Origin: a virus
Direction: 5' to 3' (one strand)
Virus record (IMG/VR): IMGVR_UViG_3300010397_000043
Coordinates: 23,529 to 87,528 of that record
DNA length: 64,000 nt
Shown: positions 47,878 to 56,806 of the stretch, piece after piece
Layout of the letters: each line of letters opens with the position of its first letter
Position numbering within the stretch: the first letter of the stretch is position 1
The notes under the pieces: model-generated
What the model saw: only the letters and a program-made list of their open reading frames with translations
What the model was told of the DNA's origin: nothing
The model's database searches: none
Translations under genes and position numbers: made by a program

Positions 47878-48498
47878 ATGATCGACGACTTTTTCCCGCT
47901 GGGTGTGCCGACCAACCGACTGGCCGCAGACCCGAACGAAATCCCTGCCTGGGTCAAGCCCGAATTGCGGGCCCGCATCCTCGCCGCCCGCAAGGACCGC
48001 GAGCCCATGCGCTACACACCGCCGTGCGCCTTGGAGGCAGAAGCCGCGAGTGTGAAGGCGGCGATGACTGCACTCATTGACTATGCGCTCAGGGGGCTCG
48101 GGCCTGTGACGCTCGAAGAGACAACGGCGATCATAAAGGCCAAAGAAAAGTCGGCAGTAGAGTCCTTCACTGCCCTCAACGGTGGGCCCAAGAGCTTTGC
48201 TACTGGTGGGGTGGTAACGATCAGGGCATTCGGGACTATAGCCGAAGAGCCCAAAGCGGGGCGCGGCTTCACCCAGGTGACCGGGCGTGCCAGATACGCA
48301 GCACCTTTAGTCCGCCGCGTCGGCTGGTGGCAGACCTCGCCCAATTACATGCGCTATTGGGATGGGGAGACATTCTCCTTTCCGCGCGAGATCGATGACT
48401 ATGGCGCGTGTTTGTCCGCGGCTACGGTAGAAAGCACGTGCAGTGTCCCCCGCGTTGAGAACATGGTCCATCAGTACGAGAACTTCATCGGGGAATGA
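47878..48498 (+). CDS. Hypothetical protein
   Basis: AAGGAG RBS; GWW...MRYWDG motif near the C-terminus. Confidence 0.7.
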   Translation: MIDDFFPLGVPTNRLAADPNEIPAWVKPELRARILAARKDREPMRYTPPCALEAEAASVKAAMTALIDYALRGLGPVTLEETTAIIKAKEKSAVESFTALNGGPKSFATGGVVTIRAFGTIAEEPKAGRGFTQVTGRARYAAPLVRRVGWWQTSPNYMRYWDGETFSFPREIDDYGACLSAATVESTCSVPRVENMVHQYENFIGE

Positions 48499-48739
48499 GC
48501 CATGGCGACCAAAGAAGACGTGCGCCACGCACTCACGCTCGTTGCCGACAGTCGCCAGCGATTCATCGCGGCTGTCGGGTACGCGATCAGTAAAGCCAAG
48601 ACCGAATTCGAGGCAGAGACCGGGCTTGTGATTACTGACGTGGACGTTGTCATCAGCTCGTACCAGTATGTTAGGGATTACACAGCCAGCTCAATCCTGT
48701 CGAACGTCGCCATTCGTACCAACATCGAAAGGGCCAGTC

Positions 48740-49570
48740 ATGGCACGCCACAAAGCACCTGACCCCGATACGCTCGACTCGTGGCAGAAGTTCACGGCCA
48801 ATCTGTTTCCGAGCTACGACGCGGACCCGGGGTACTACGCCATTCAACTGGCCGAAATAACCGAGGCGCAGAAGCGCCGACTGGCGGTGGCGTGGACTTC
48901 GTTTTACCAGCTAGGTCACGCGGCCAAGGCCAGCGAGTATGAAGGGGCGCAGTTCTACCACTACCTGCATTCCGTGTACCCCACGGCGCAGCGGGGCAGC
49001 GAACGACGGCACTTCCGTGGCGAGCAGGGGTTGCGGGCGCTGACAGAATGGCAGGCCAAGTTTAATCATCCGGAAAAGATGGCGTGGTACATCTGTGAGA
49101 ACTCGCACTCGTACTCCGATGTACGCAAGAAGACAGACACCATCCGCTCATACGGCGACTATTTCGCATGGAAGTGGTGCGACTTGGCCGAGGTGCTGTA
49201 CGGTACGACTATCGACTTCACGGGCGCTGAGGACAGGTCGCCCAAGGTGCCACAGCAAGGCGCGAAGCTGATCGCGCCCGATTTCACGGTGGCACAGACA
49301 TACGACATGATCGCCAAGCGTGCCCGAGCAAAGGGCGTGCGCTCGCCGGCCAATCTTGGTCGCGAGTTTGGCATTGGCGAGGCGGAGACGGTGTGCTGCG
49401 TCTACAAGCAATACCGGTCCGGCTCATATGTGTACGGTTCGCGGCTGGCAAAGGCAGTCGCGCGCCTGGAAAGCGTGCCCAGCAAGACCGGGCGCAAGCT
49501 GACCGAAGCACTTCTAGGAGTATCACCGTGGACGAGAGACGAGCTAAAGGGAATACTCGCAAGCCTTTAA
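48740..49570 (+). CDS. Amino acid:DNA transferase (aGPT-Pplase2/ADDT family)
   Basis: DADPGY, RGSERRHFRG, YGDYFAWKWCDLAE, EAETVCCVYK. Confidence 0.8.
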   Translation: MARHKAPDPDTLDSWQKFTANLFPSYDADPGYYAIQLAEITEAQKRRLAVAWTSFYQLGHAAKASEYEGAQFYHYLHSVYPTAQRGSERRHFRGEQGLRALTEWQAKFNHPEKMAWYICENSHSYSDVRKKTDTIRSYGDYFAWKWCDLAEVLYGTTIDFTGAEDRSPKVPQQGAKLIAPDFTVAQTYDMIAKRARAKGVRSPANLGREFGIGEAETVCCVYKQYRSGSYVYGSRLAKAVARLESVPSKTGRKLTEALLGVSPWTRDELKGILASL

Positions 49571-49783
49571 TCAACGTCGCCATCTTCTTGCGAAAGGCGC
49601 TGGCTCACGGTCACAAAGCAGAAGTCAAGCACTTGGTGTTGCCAGTAAAGGTGCTCGATCACGCCATGCTGGTGCTAAACGCCGCTGAGCAACTTGTCGC
49701 TATGCGTGCGGACGGCAACTGGTCGGACAAGCAGATCGTTGATTACATGGCCGGCGTACTGCTCGAAGACATGGAGGACTAGC

Positions 49784-50053
49784 ATGGTCACGAAGAAAAC
49801 GCCTGATGTGTCGCGCCAAGACAAGGTGCTCGATGTACTGCGGGGCTCGGGGCGCAAGCCGCCCAAGCGTGCCGGTACACAGATCGATTGCTACGTTTAC
49901 GAGGAAGGCACGTACACGATCCAGATAAACCGTCGGGTCATCGCGCAGGGCACGGGTGGCATGGTGCGAGCACGCAATCACGTGCAGAGCATCGTGAACA
50001 ACCTGCGACCCCCGCAGTCGAATAACTACACAGTCACGTACTACGAGGTGTGA
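49784..50053 (+). CDS. Hypothetical protein
   Basis: GGAGG RBS before MVTKKT. Confidence 0.65.
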   Translation: MVTKKTPDVSRQDKVLDVLRGSGRKPPKRAGTQIDCYVYEEGTYTIQINRRVIAQGTGGMVRARNHVQSIVNNLRPPQSNNYTVTYYEV

Positions 50054-50277
50054 CCATGGGTATCATCGTCGGCAATGAACCGCCGATTACGCACGAGGAG
50101 ATAATGCTCCTTGCTGACGCATTCGAGCGTTCTGCGAATTGGCTTGAACACGGAGTTCTAGCCGGGCCAGCCAGAACGCACCCGCTGGTTGGGTTGGCCG
50201 ACTACCGCAGGGCTTGCCTGATACTGCGCACTGCCGCCTGGGTGTGGGCATCGTCGAACACCGAAGGGTAGATGCCC

Positions 50278-50325
50278 ATTACCGCTGGTAATTTGTAACC
50301 GGCGCAGGCCATTACCGCTGGTAAT
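50278..50325. repeat. ATTACC-N3-GGTAAT palindrome, tandem copies 9 and 10
   Basis: ATTACCGCTGGTAAT at 50278-50292 and 50311-50325. Confidence 0.9.
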
Positions 50326-50351
50326 CTGGTTCAACATTCAGGGAGACGAGT

Positions 50352-50906
50352 GTGACCGAAGTGTGGCGAGAAGTGCCGGGCGACCGCCTGGGGCTCGAAG
50401 TGAGTTCACTGGGCCGACTACGCAGGCCGGCGACAACTAGTGCGGCGGGCAGTAGGCTAAAGGCGCGGGAACTCGCACAGACCATTGATGGTGAAGGGTA
50501 CGTGCGAACTTCCGCGTCTGCGACTTGCGGGGTCGTATACGTTCACAGGCTTATCGCACTGGTTTTTATCGGCCCACCACCGACACCAGCACACACCGAC
50601 GTCAACCATAAGAATGGTATAAAAACCGACAACCGGTGGCAAAATCTAGAATGGGCTACGAGAAAGCAGAACATGCAGCACGCAGTTAGTATGGGGTTGG
50701 CCCCTCGTGGTGAACAAAATGGCCGGGCGAAGATGTCAGCGTACACAGCGATGACGGTCTACTGGCACTATCACGTCGGGGGTGCGACTCAAGCTGCTCT
50801 GGCGCGGGATTTCGAGCTGACGAGAAACCAAGTTCGTGGGTTAATCCACGGCAAAACTTGGAAACACGTCACAGATAAATTTCCTGAATGGGGGTACGTG
50901 TCATGA
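50352..50906 (+). CDS. NUMOD4-HNH homing endonuclease
   Basis: EVWREVPG..EVSSLGR, VHRLIALVF, VNHKNGIKTDNRWQNLEW. Confidence 0.9.
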   Translation: MTEVWREVPGDRLGLEVSSLGRLRRPATTSAAGSRLKARELAQTIDGEGYVRTSASATCGVVYVHRLIALVFIGPPPTPAHTDVNHKNGIKTDNRWQNLEWATRKQNMQHAVSMGLAPRGEQNGRAKMSAYTAMTVYWHYHVGGATQAALARDFELTRNQVRGLIHGKTWKHVTDKFPEWGYVS

Positions 50907-51502
50907 TCTTTCAACTCAGAGGGACCAGTGGTAGCGGCAAGAGTACTGTCGCCCGCCACCTATTTAACTGCTTTGACTGTCAACCGGTGCGCTACGTAGA
51001 CGACAAGCGCAAGAAGGTTCTTGTCTACAAAGGGTACGTGGATGACGTGCCATTCTTCATGCTGGGGGACTACGCGCCCACGCGCAGCGCCCCGGGGTGT
51101 GACACGATACCCAAGATCAGCACACTGACCGACTTGGCAATACAGTACGCCAACAAGAACGATGGCCGCAGCATCGTGTTCTTGGAAGGGCTTTTGGCCG
51201 GGCATTCCTGGGGTGAGCTTGGCGAGCGGCTGCACCCGGCTTTCGGGCACCGTTACGTGAACGCATTTCTCGACACGCCCGTGGAGCGCTGTCTCCGGCG
51301 CGTGCTAAAGCGGCGCGAAAGCAAGGGGACCGAAACCCCGCCTGAACGCCTTGCGAAGATTTCGCAAAACGTGCAGGACGACTACCATCGTGTCGAGCTT
51401 TGCTATGACCGCGTAATCGCACGCGGCGGGTTTCGCATAGATGTGCCGTGGCGCGGTGCCCCCGAGTTTTGCGAGCGGTACATTTCGGGTAACGCTCCAT
51501 AG
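50903..51502 (+). CDS. P-loop nucleotide kinase (DNA modification cluster)
   Basis: LRGTSGSGKST, GCDTI, FLEG, FLDTPVERCLRRV..RR. Confidence 0.8.
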   Translation: MIFQLRGTSGSGKSTVARHLFNCFDCQPVRYVDDKRKKVLVYKGYVDDVPFFMLGDYAPTRSAPGCDTIPKISTLTDLAIQYANKNDGRSIVFLEGLLAGHSWGELGERLHPAFGHRYVNAFLDTPVERCLRRVLKRRESKGTETPPERLAKISQNVQDDYHRVELCYDRVIARGGFRIDVPWRGAPEFCERYISGNAP

Positions 51503-51571
51503 CAGTTTGTTCTTAGCCGGACGTCCGGCTAAAATGGGGGCTCCACCTACCCCACACGGAGCCCCTACAAA

Positions 51572-52633
51572 ATGCACACGATCTATGCAAAAGACGTGGA
51601 CAATGCCCTGGCCCAAGGCATCAACCTGCTATACAACGTCGGCACCACGCAGGACACCCGCAACGGCCCCGCCGTTGTTTGCCCCACCCCCGTCGCCACC
51701 ATTTACCTGAGCCCGCGCCATCGTGTGCTGCTCAACCCGGTACGCGACGCCAACCCGTTCTTCCACCTGATGGAGTCCTTCTGGATCATCGCAGGCCGGT
51801 CGGACGTTGCCTTCCTCTCGCAGTTCGTCAAGCGCATGGCCGAGTTCAGCGACGACGGCAAAGTGTTCCACGCACCTTACGGGCATCGCCTGCGCTACGC
51901 TCAGGGGTTCGATCAGCTCAGCTCGGTCGTTGCCCACCTGTCACGCGACAAGCACAACCGGCAGGCTGTGCTGCAAATCTGGGATGCCACGATGGACCTC
52001 GACGCCCAGACGAAGGACAAGCCCTGCAACGACCTGATCTTCTGCCGCACGGATCGCGGCGTGCTCGACATCACGGTCTGCAACCGCAGCAACGACATCA
52101 TCTGGGGTGCCTACGGGGCCAACGCCGTGCAGTTCAGCGTGCTGCAAGAGTACCTCGCCGCGCGCATCGGCATTCCCATGGGCGAGTACACCCAGTTCAG
52201 CTTCAACTATCACGCCTACGAATCGAATGCCTACTGGAAGCAGGCCCGCGAGGTGATCGAGCACGACCCGAAAGCCCACTGGCGCAACGGCTATTCCTAC
52301 CAGGGTGTGCAGCCGACCCCGCTGTTCACGCCCCACACGGTCGATGCTGTGGAAGCCGACATCATGGTCATGCTGCAAGTCTTCGACGCTTACACCGGCA
52401 TCACGCCTTTCGGCTGGATCGACCGGCTGCTCAGCGTGCAATGGCACAGCGATCTGTTCGACCGGTTCGTCGTGCGCTACCTCGCGGCATACGCGGAATA
52501 CAAGCACGGCGATCTGCAGGCTGCGATGGGCCTGCTGCGCACGATCAACGACGCGACCGGCTTCGAGTGTGACTGGGCCAAGGCCGCGACCATCTGGATT
52601 GCCAACCGGGAGACGACTCGTGCAGCGGCTTAA
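51572..52633 (+). CDS. Thymidylate synthase homolog, likely dUMP hydroxymethylase
   Basis: TRNG, RDANPFFHLME, YGHRLR, KDKPCND, NRSNDIIWGAYGANAVQFS (Asn in the dUMP-specificity position), HAYE. Confidence 0.88.
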   Translation: MHTIYAKDVDNALAQGINLLYNVGTTQDTRNGPAVVCPTPVATIYLSPRHRVLLNPVRDANPFFHLMESFWIIAGRSDVAFLSQFVKRMAEFSDDGKVFHAPYGHRLRYAQGFDQLSSVVAHLSRDKHNRQAVLQIWDATMDLDAQTKDKPCNDLIFCRTDRGVLDITVCNRSNDIIWGAYGANAVQFSVLQEYLAARIGIPMGEYTQFSFNYHAYESNAYWKQAREVIEHDPKAHWRNGYSYQGVQPTPLFTPHTVDAVEADIMVMLQVFDAYTGITPFGWIDRLLSVQWHSDLFDRFVVRYLAAYAEYKHGDLQAAMGLLRTINDATGFECDWAKAATIWIANRETTRAAA

Positions 52634-53150
52634 ACTCCTTCGCCTCGGCGGGCAAGTGCGCCGCTGGCACACGTGGCCCATGCACCGCCAGCAGACGGTG
52701 GCCGAGCATTCGCATGGGGTCGCCGTGCTCGTGACCATCGTCGAGCCCAATGCGAGCGCGGAGCTTTTGCAGGCTGCGCTATTCCACGACATCAGCGAGG
52801 CCGTGACTGGCGACGTACCCTCCACCGCCAAGTGGGCATACCCCGAGGTGCGGGCGGCGCTGAACGCGGCCAGCATGGATATCGAGCAGAAGGCTTGCCT
52901 GCGCATGACGCTTACCGTTCACGAGCAGAACGTGCTGCGCTGGTGCGACATGGCTGAGCTTGTGCTGTTCGCCCTGGAGGAGTGGTACGGCGGCAACTAC
53001 AACGCTCGCAAGGTCGTTGAGAATGGCATGGGCTGGCTGCGTGAACACGAAGCCCCGACCATCGCCGCCGAAGAGTTGCGCGCATTCATGTGGCAAACGC
53101 AAAGTAATTTCCACGATGGAGTATTTGAGTATGCAGACCAAGGCGAATGA
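52620..53150 (+). CDS. HD-domain 5'-deoxynucleotidase (YfbR-like)
   Basis: VRRWHT, QTVAEHS, ALFHDISEAVTGDVPS; GGAG RBS, GTG start. Confidence 0.85.
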   Translation: MQRLKLLRLGGQVRRWHTWPMHRQQTVAEHSHGVAVLVTIVEPNASAELLQAALFHDISEAVTGDVPSTAKWAYPEVRAALNAASMDIEQKACLRMTLTVHEQNVLRWCDMAELVLFALEEWYGGNYNARKVVENGMGWLREHEAPTIAAEELRAFMWQTQSNFHDGVFEYADQGE

Positions 53151-53730
53151 CATTCAGCACGGCGGCTCGCACTACAAGAGCAAGCTGCAGCACTGGGACT
53201 GGCTGGTGGAACTGGGCTACGGCTGGGAGTACTTTTGCGCGGCGTCGAGCAAGTACCTTGTGCGGCATCGCCAGAAGAATGGCCTGCAGGACGTGCAGAA
53301 GGCGCGGCACTATCTGGAAAAACTGCTGGAGCTTGTGCAGGCCGGCAAGGTGCGACTGCCCAACGCCATGATGAACCGTGGGCAGGCCGAGCTGACCGAC
53401 GAGTTCTTCGATGCGAACCCCAGCATCGGCGCACAGGAGCGGGTCGCCATTGTGTTCATGCGCTACCCGACCGACTGCCACGAGTTGAAGGCGGCGATTG
53501 GCATCATCAAGGCCATCGAGGCGACCTACCCCGAGCCAACCCAGGGCCTGACCGCACTCGACTTCGTGAGTGAAGGGCATACCGCCCACACCGATCACTG
53601 GCAGTGCAGGCGTTGCCGGGCGCACCTGGACGTGCCCGCGAACACTGACCCCTCGCAGCACCACAAGTGCCTGACCCGTGACTCGGGCGTGCCGGGCGGT
53701 GGGTACGTCGATCAAGCCAAGGACATCTGA
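53131..53730 (+). CDS. DUF3310 family protein with C-terminal Zn-binding motif
   Basis: QHGGSHYK, KYLVRHRQKNGLQDVQKARHYLEKL; CRRC...HKC. Confidence 0.8.
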   Translation: MQTKANDIQHGGSHYKSKLQHWDWLVELGYGWEYFCAASSKYLVRHRQKNGLQDVQKARHYLEKLLELVQAGKVRLPNAMMNRGQAELTDEFFDANPSIGAQERVAIVFMRYPTDCHELKAAIGIIKAIEATYPEPTQGLTALDFVSEGHTAHTDHWQCRRCRAHLDVPANTDPSQHHKCLTRDSGVPGGGYVDQAKDI

Positions 53731-54135
53731 CCATGTACGTGCTTTGCATAAAGGGCAAGAGTGGACGCGGGCTGCGTGCCGTACACAGGTTCAGCTCGCT
53801 GACCGAAGCCCAGTACGCGAGGCAGTACAGCCTCCGGCACCCGCCTGAGACAACTGCAATATACGAGTACATCTGGGGCGAAGTGCCCAAGTTCATCGAA
53901 GGCACCAAGCTATTTGACGAGGAACAACCATGCTGAACATGGAACCCTATAGCTACACGTGCTGCCCGCACACGGTGACCGTGCAGATCGATGGTAGAGA
54001 GGAGCTTCGCCCGCTGGACTACATCGACACGACCGAATCCCCATACAGACGGGTGCCAGTGCTGTACGAAGGTGAACACATCGAGTGGGCCCTGACCGGC
54101 CCGATCATTCTTCGCGTTAAGTAAGGAGAGCAACC

Positions 54136-54528
54136 ATGTGGACCCCACCGGGCAGCACCCCGAAAATCCAAGCGCAGTATGACGTCTTCACCGACGAGGT
54201 TGCACTGCGCGGTGTATTCGTCATGGCAGATGGCAGCTTGAACATTTGGCAGCCAGTCATGTGCTACTCCGCGCCGATTGGGACCTCGCCAATCGTCAAC
54301 CCGTTCATCTCGCTACGAAAGCGCGCCGCCGTGGAGCTGATGGACGAGCTATGGCGGTGCGGCATTCGGCCCTCGTTCGATAAGCCGGCTGAGCCAGTCG
54401 AGCCCGTGGCGTCGGACGGTTCCGCGCTTGCGGCGACGCAGGCACACATCGAAAGCCTGCGCACTTTGCTTTTCCACGAGGTAGGCATTACAACACCAGT
54501 GCGCACAAGGGTTGCGCGAAAGAGGTAA
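54136..54528 (+). CDS. Hypothetical protein
   Basis: AAGGAG RBS; LMDELWRCGIRPS motif. Confidence 0.7.
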   Translation: MWTPPGSTPKIQAQYDVFTDEVALRGVFVMADGSLNIWQPVMCYSAPIGTSPIVNPFISLRKRAAVELMDELWRCGIRPSFDKPAEPVEPVASDGSALAATQAHIESLRTLLFHEVGITTPVRTRVARKR

Positions 54529-54532
54529 TGCC

Positions 54533-54808
54533 ATGCTGCGCGATCTGCTCCAAACTATCGGCTTTCTTTGCGGGGCCTTCGGCCTACTGGCCGCGCTCGT
54601 ACTCGCCAGCCTTGCCGGCTGTGGCGGGGGCAGCGGTGACGAGGTTGGCGAGTCATTCATCGTTTCGAGTTCGGACGAAAAGCCTTTTATCTGGACTCGC
54701 AATTGTGTGGCAGTCCAGGGCCCGACCACTGTCAACGTGATCTGTACTGGCTCGGTTACGGGCGAGGATGAGCTACTGGCACGTTGGAGTAACGGGGTGC
54801 AGCCATGA
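54533..54808 (+). CDS. Putative lipoprotein
   Basis: LAGC lipobox followed by GGGSGD. Confidence 0.65.
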   Translation: MLRDLLQTIGFLCGAFGLLAALVLASLAGCGGGSGDEVGESFIVSSSDEKPFIWTRNCVAVQGPTTVNVICTGSVTGEDELLARWSNGVQP

Positions 54809-55002
54809 TTCGCCGCCTGCTGTTAGTCGCAGTCGTCATGTTGCTGGTGACCGCCTGTGGCGGGGGCGGCGACGAAGCCCCTGTGCCGGTGGCCGAGCAG
54901 GAGTGCATGCACCTCAAAGGCGCATCGCCCTACGTTTGCCAGCCGCGCAAGAACTGTGTCGAGATCATGGGCGAGGGCGGGGCCCAACTTGTGTGTAGCT
55001 GA
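54805..55002 (+). CDS. Putative lipoprotein
   Basis: VTAC lipobox followed by GGGGDE; Cys-rich. Confidence 0.65.
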   Translation: MIRRLLLVAVVMLLVTACGGGGDEAPVPVAEQECMHLKGASPYVCQPRKNCVEIMGEGGAQLVCS

Positions 55003-55050
55003 AACAGCCCTATATACTAACTACCCTTTCAACCTGGGGACATTCCAAAC

Positions 55051-55728
55051 ATGAAGCGTTCGATTCTCACCATCGCCATGCTCGCCGCCTGCGGCATGGC
55101 ATTCGCTACCAATGACAACAACGAGCACCCGACCAAGCCCCCGAAGAACAACAATCACAGTCAAAGCAACGCCGCGAACTCAAGCTCCACTGCGGTGGGT
55201 GTGGGCGTCGGCGTTGGCATGGGTGGCCGGGGTGGGCAAGGTGGTCAGGGGGGCAAGGGTGGTAACGCCACGGCAACTGCGCAGGGCGGAGCGGGTGGCA
55301 AGGGCGGAAACGCTTCGGCGGCTGGCGGGGCAGGGGGCACGGCAAGCGCCAACAACTCCACCAGCAATGCCAACAGTGCAGACAACGCCAGCGGGGCAAG
55401 CGTCAACTACCAGAACAAGTATGCAGCCTCCTCGGCAACGTCGAGTGCGCTGGCCGTGAGTAACGGCACTTGCATGGGCTCGACTTCTGGTGGTGCGCAG
55501 GGCCTGTCCTTTGGCGTGTCCATCGGCTCGACCTGGAACGACGAGGCCTGCAACCGCCGCTACAACGCTGGCGTGCTCATGGCCCTGGGGCAGGACAAGG
55601 CCGCGATTGCCCTGCTCTGCCAGGACGACACGATTCGCCTCGCCATGGAAGCCACTGGCACCGCCTGCCCGCCCAAGAAGGTCGCGCCGGCCCCGGTCGC
55701 TGTGTACCCGGCGACTTCCAACAACTGA
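55051..55728 (+). CDS. Secreted Gly-rich protein with Cys-containing C-terminal domain
   Basis: Signal peptide, GGQGG repeats, CMGSTSGG...C...LLCQ. Confidence 0.75.
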   Translation: MKRSILTIAMLAACGMAFATNDNNEHPTKPPKNNNHSQSNAANSSSTAVGVGVGVGMGGRGGQGGQGGKGGNATATAQGGAGGKGGNASAAGGAGGTASANNSTSNANSADNASGASVNYQNKYAASSATSSALAVSNGTCMGSTSGGAQGLSFGVSIGSTWNDEACNRRYNAGVLMALGQDKAAIALLCQDDTIRLAMEATGTACPPKKVAPAPVAVYPATSNN

Positions 55729-56025
55729 ATAAGGTAAGACGGACACCTTTTTCAAGTCCGTTTGTTTAGTGGAGCTAAAACCCATGACACCCGAAATTGA
55801 AGCTGCAATCAAGTTGCTCGCACAGGCAATCACCACGGGTACAACGCCTCTTGAAGCGATGCAACTCACACAAGCCGCGTTGAACCTTGCGCACACGGCA
55901 CAGGTTCTCGTTCAAACCGAACACCACAACTAGGAAAGGAGGGCACCATGAAGTGAGTGCATAAGCCACCGTAGACCGTACATCGCGTTCTTTGGTCTAT
56001 GTGTTAACCCAACTGGAGAATCGTT

Positions 56026-56373
56026 ATGTACGCGAAAGACAAAGTTGCAATCGTTGACCGTCGTGAAATGCTGCGTGTCAAGGTCAAGTCCCTTGCCGAA
56101 GAGGCCAGGATCATTCGTCGCGAAGAGCAACGGTCGTGGGGCCCGCTCCGCAACGAACTGCATGCCCACCGGGTCCGCGCGCTTCGGCAAGCCGCCCGGC
56201 AGGCGCACCTCGCCTATGGCCTGATTCGTGGCCGTACCATCGGCCAGATGGAAAACCGTCGCTGGATCGACCTGCCGTCAGTGGATCGCGAAGCCATCAT
56301 CAAGATGCTCAAGAAGTACGGTCCTGCGACTGGCGTGGTCTACGACGTGCTTGAGCCGTTGAAAGCGGCATAA
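56026..56373 (+). CDS. Hypothetical protein
   Basis: GGAG RBS; LAEEARIIR..AHLAYGLIRGR. Confidence 0.7.
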   Translation: MYAKDKVAIVDRREMLRVKVKSLAEEARIIRREEQRSWGPLRNELHAHRVRALRQAARQAHLAYGLIRGRTIGQMENRRWIDLPSVDREAIIKMLKKYGPATGVVYDVLEPLKAA

Positions 56374-56382
56374 GATCGGCGC

Positions 56383-56458
56383 GCCCCTGTAGCTCAATTG
56401 GCAGAGCAGCGGATTTCAAATCCGAGGGTTGCAGGTTCGAGACCTGTCGGGGGCGCCA
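56383..56458 (+). tRNA. tRNA with UCA anticodon (opal/UGA-reading suppressor)
   Basis: GCCCCTG/CGGGGGC acceptor, GCTC/GAGC D-stem, CGGA-TTTCAAA-TCCG anticodon arm, short variable loop, GCAGG-TTCGAGA-CCTGT T arm, G73, CCA. Confidence 0.9.
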
Positions 56459-56469
56459 AGGAGTTCAAG

Positions 56470-56676
56470 ATGCTAAAGCAACTAGTCAAGCACTTGCGCG
56501 CGAACAAAGAAAAGATCGTGCGCACGGAACGGACCAACATAGTCCGCAAAACTGTTGGGTACAGCGAGATGACCCAGTGGGATACCACCATCTCGTTCGA
56601 TGAAGTCGAAGTGGTCGATTTTGAAAAGCTACTCGAAGAGATCGATGCCTTCGCCAAAACGTTTAAGGGCAAGTGA
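56470..56676 (+). CDS. Hypothetical protein
   Basis: AAGGAG RBS immediately after the tRNA CCA. Confidence 0.65.
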   Translation: MLKQLVKHLRANKEKIVRTERTNIVRKTVGYSEMTQWDTTISFDEVEVVDFEKLLEEIDAFAKTFKGK

Positions 56677-56718
56677 CGATACCCCCACGAATTAGGGGGT
56701 AGAACGATCAGCGCCCCG

Positions 56719-56747
56719 TTTACATTCTTTGTGCGCTTGCCCATAAT
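56719..56747 (+). promoter_or_regulatory. sigma70-type promoter for the DUF932 operon
   Basis: TTTACA-17 nt-CATAAT. Confidence 0.7.
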
Positions 56748-56806
56748 AGGGGCACTGGGCCGAACAGTCGGTCTAGTGCCCTTAACTCTTTATGGAGCAA
56801 GCAACC

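Noticed and set aside
56383-56458. tRNA-Sec, or genome-wide UGA reassignment
   Set aside because: It has a short variable loop and 7-bp acceptor. Conserved genes end at TGA at the expected lengths, with ATGA overlaps or a terminator, and no conserved gene here is broken by TGA.
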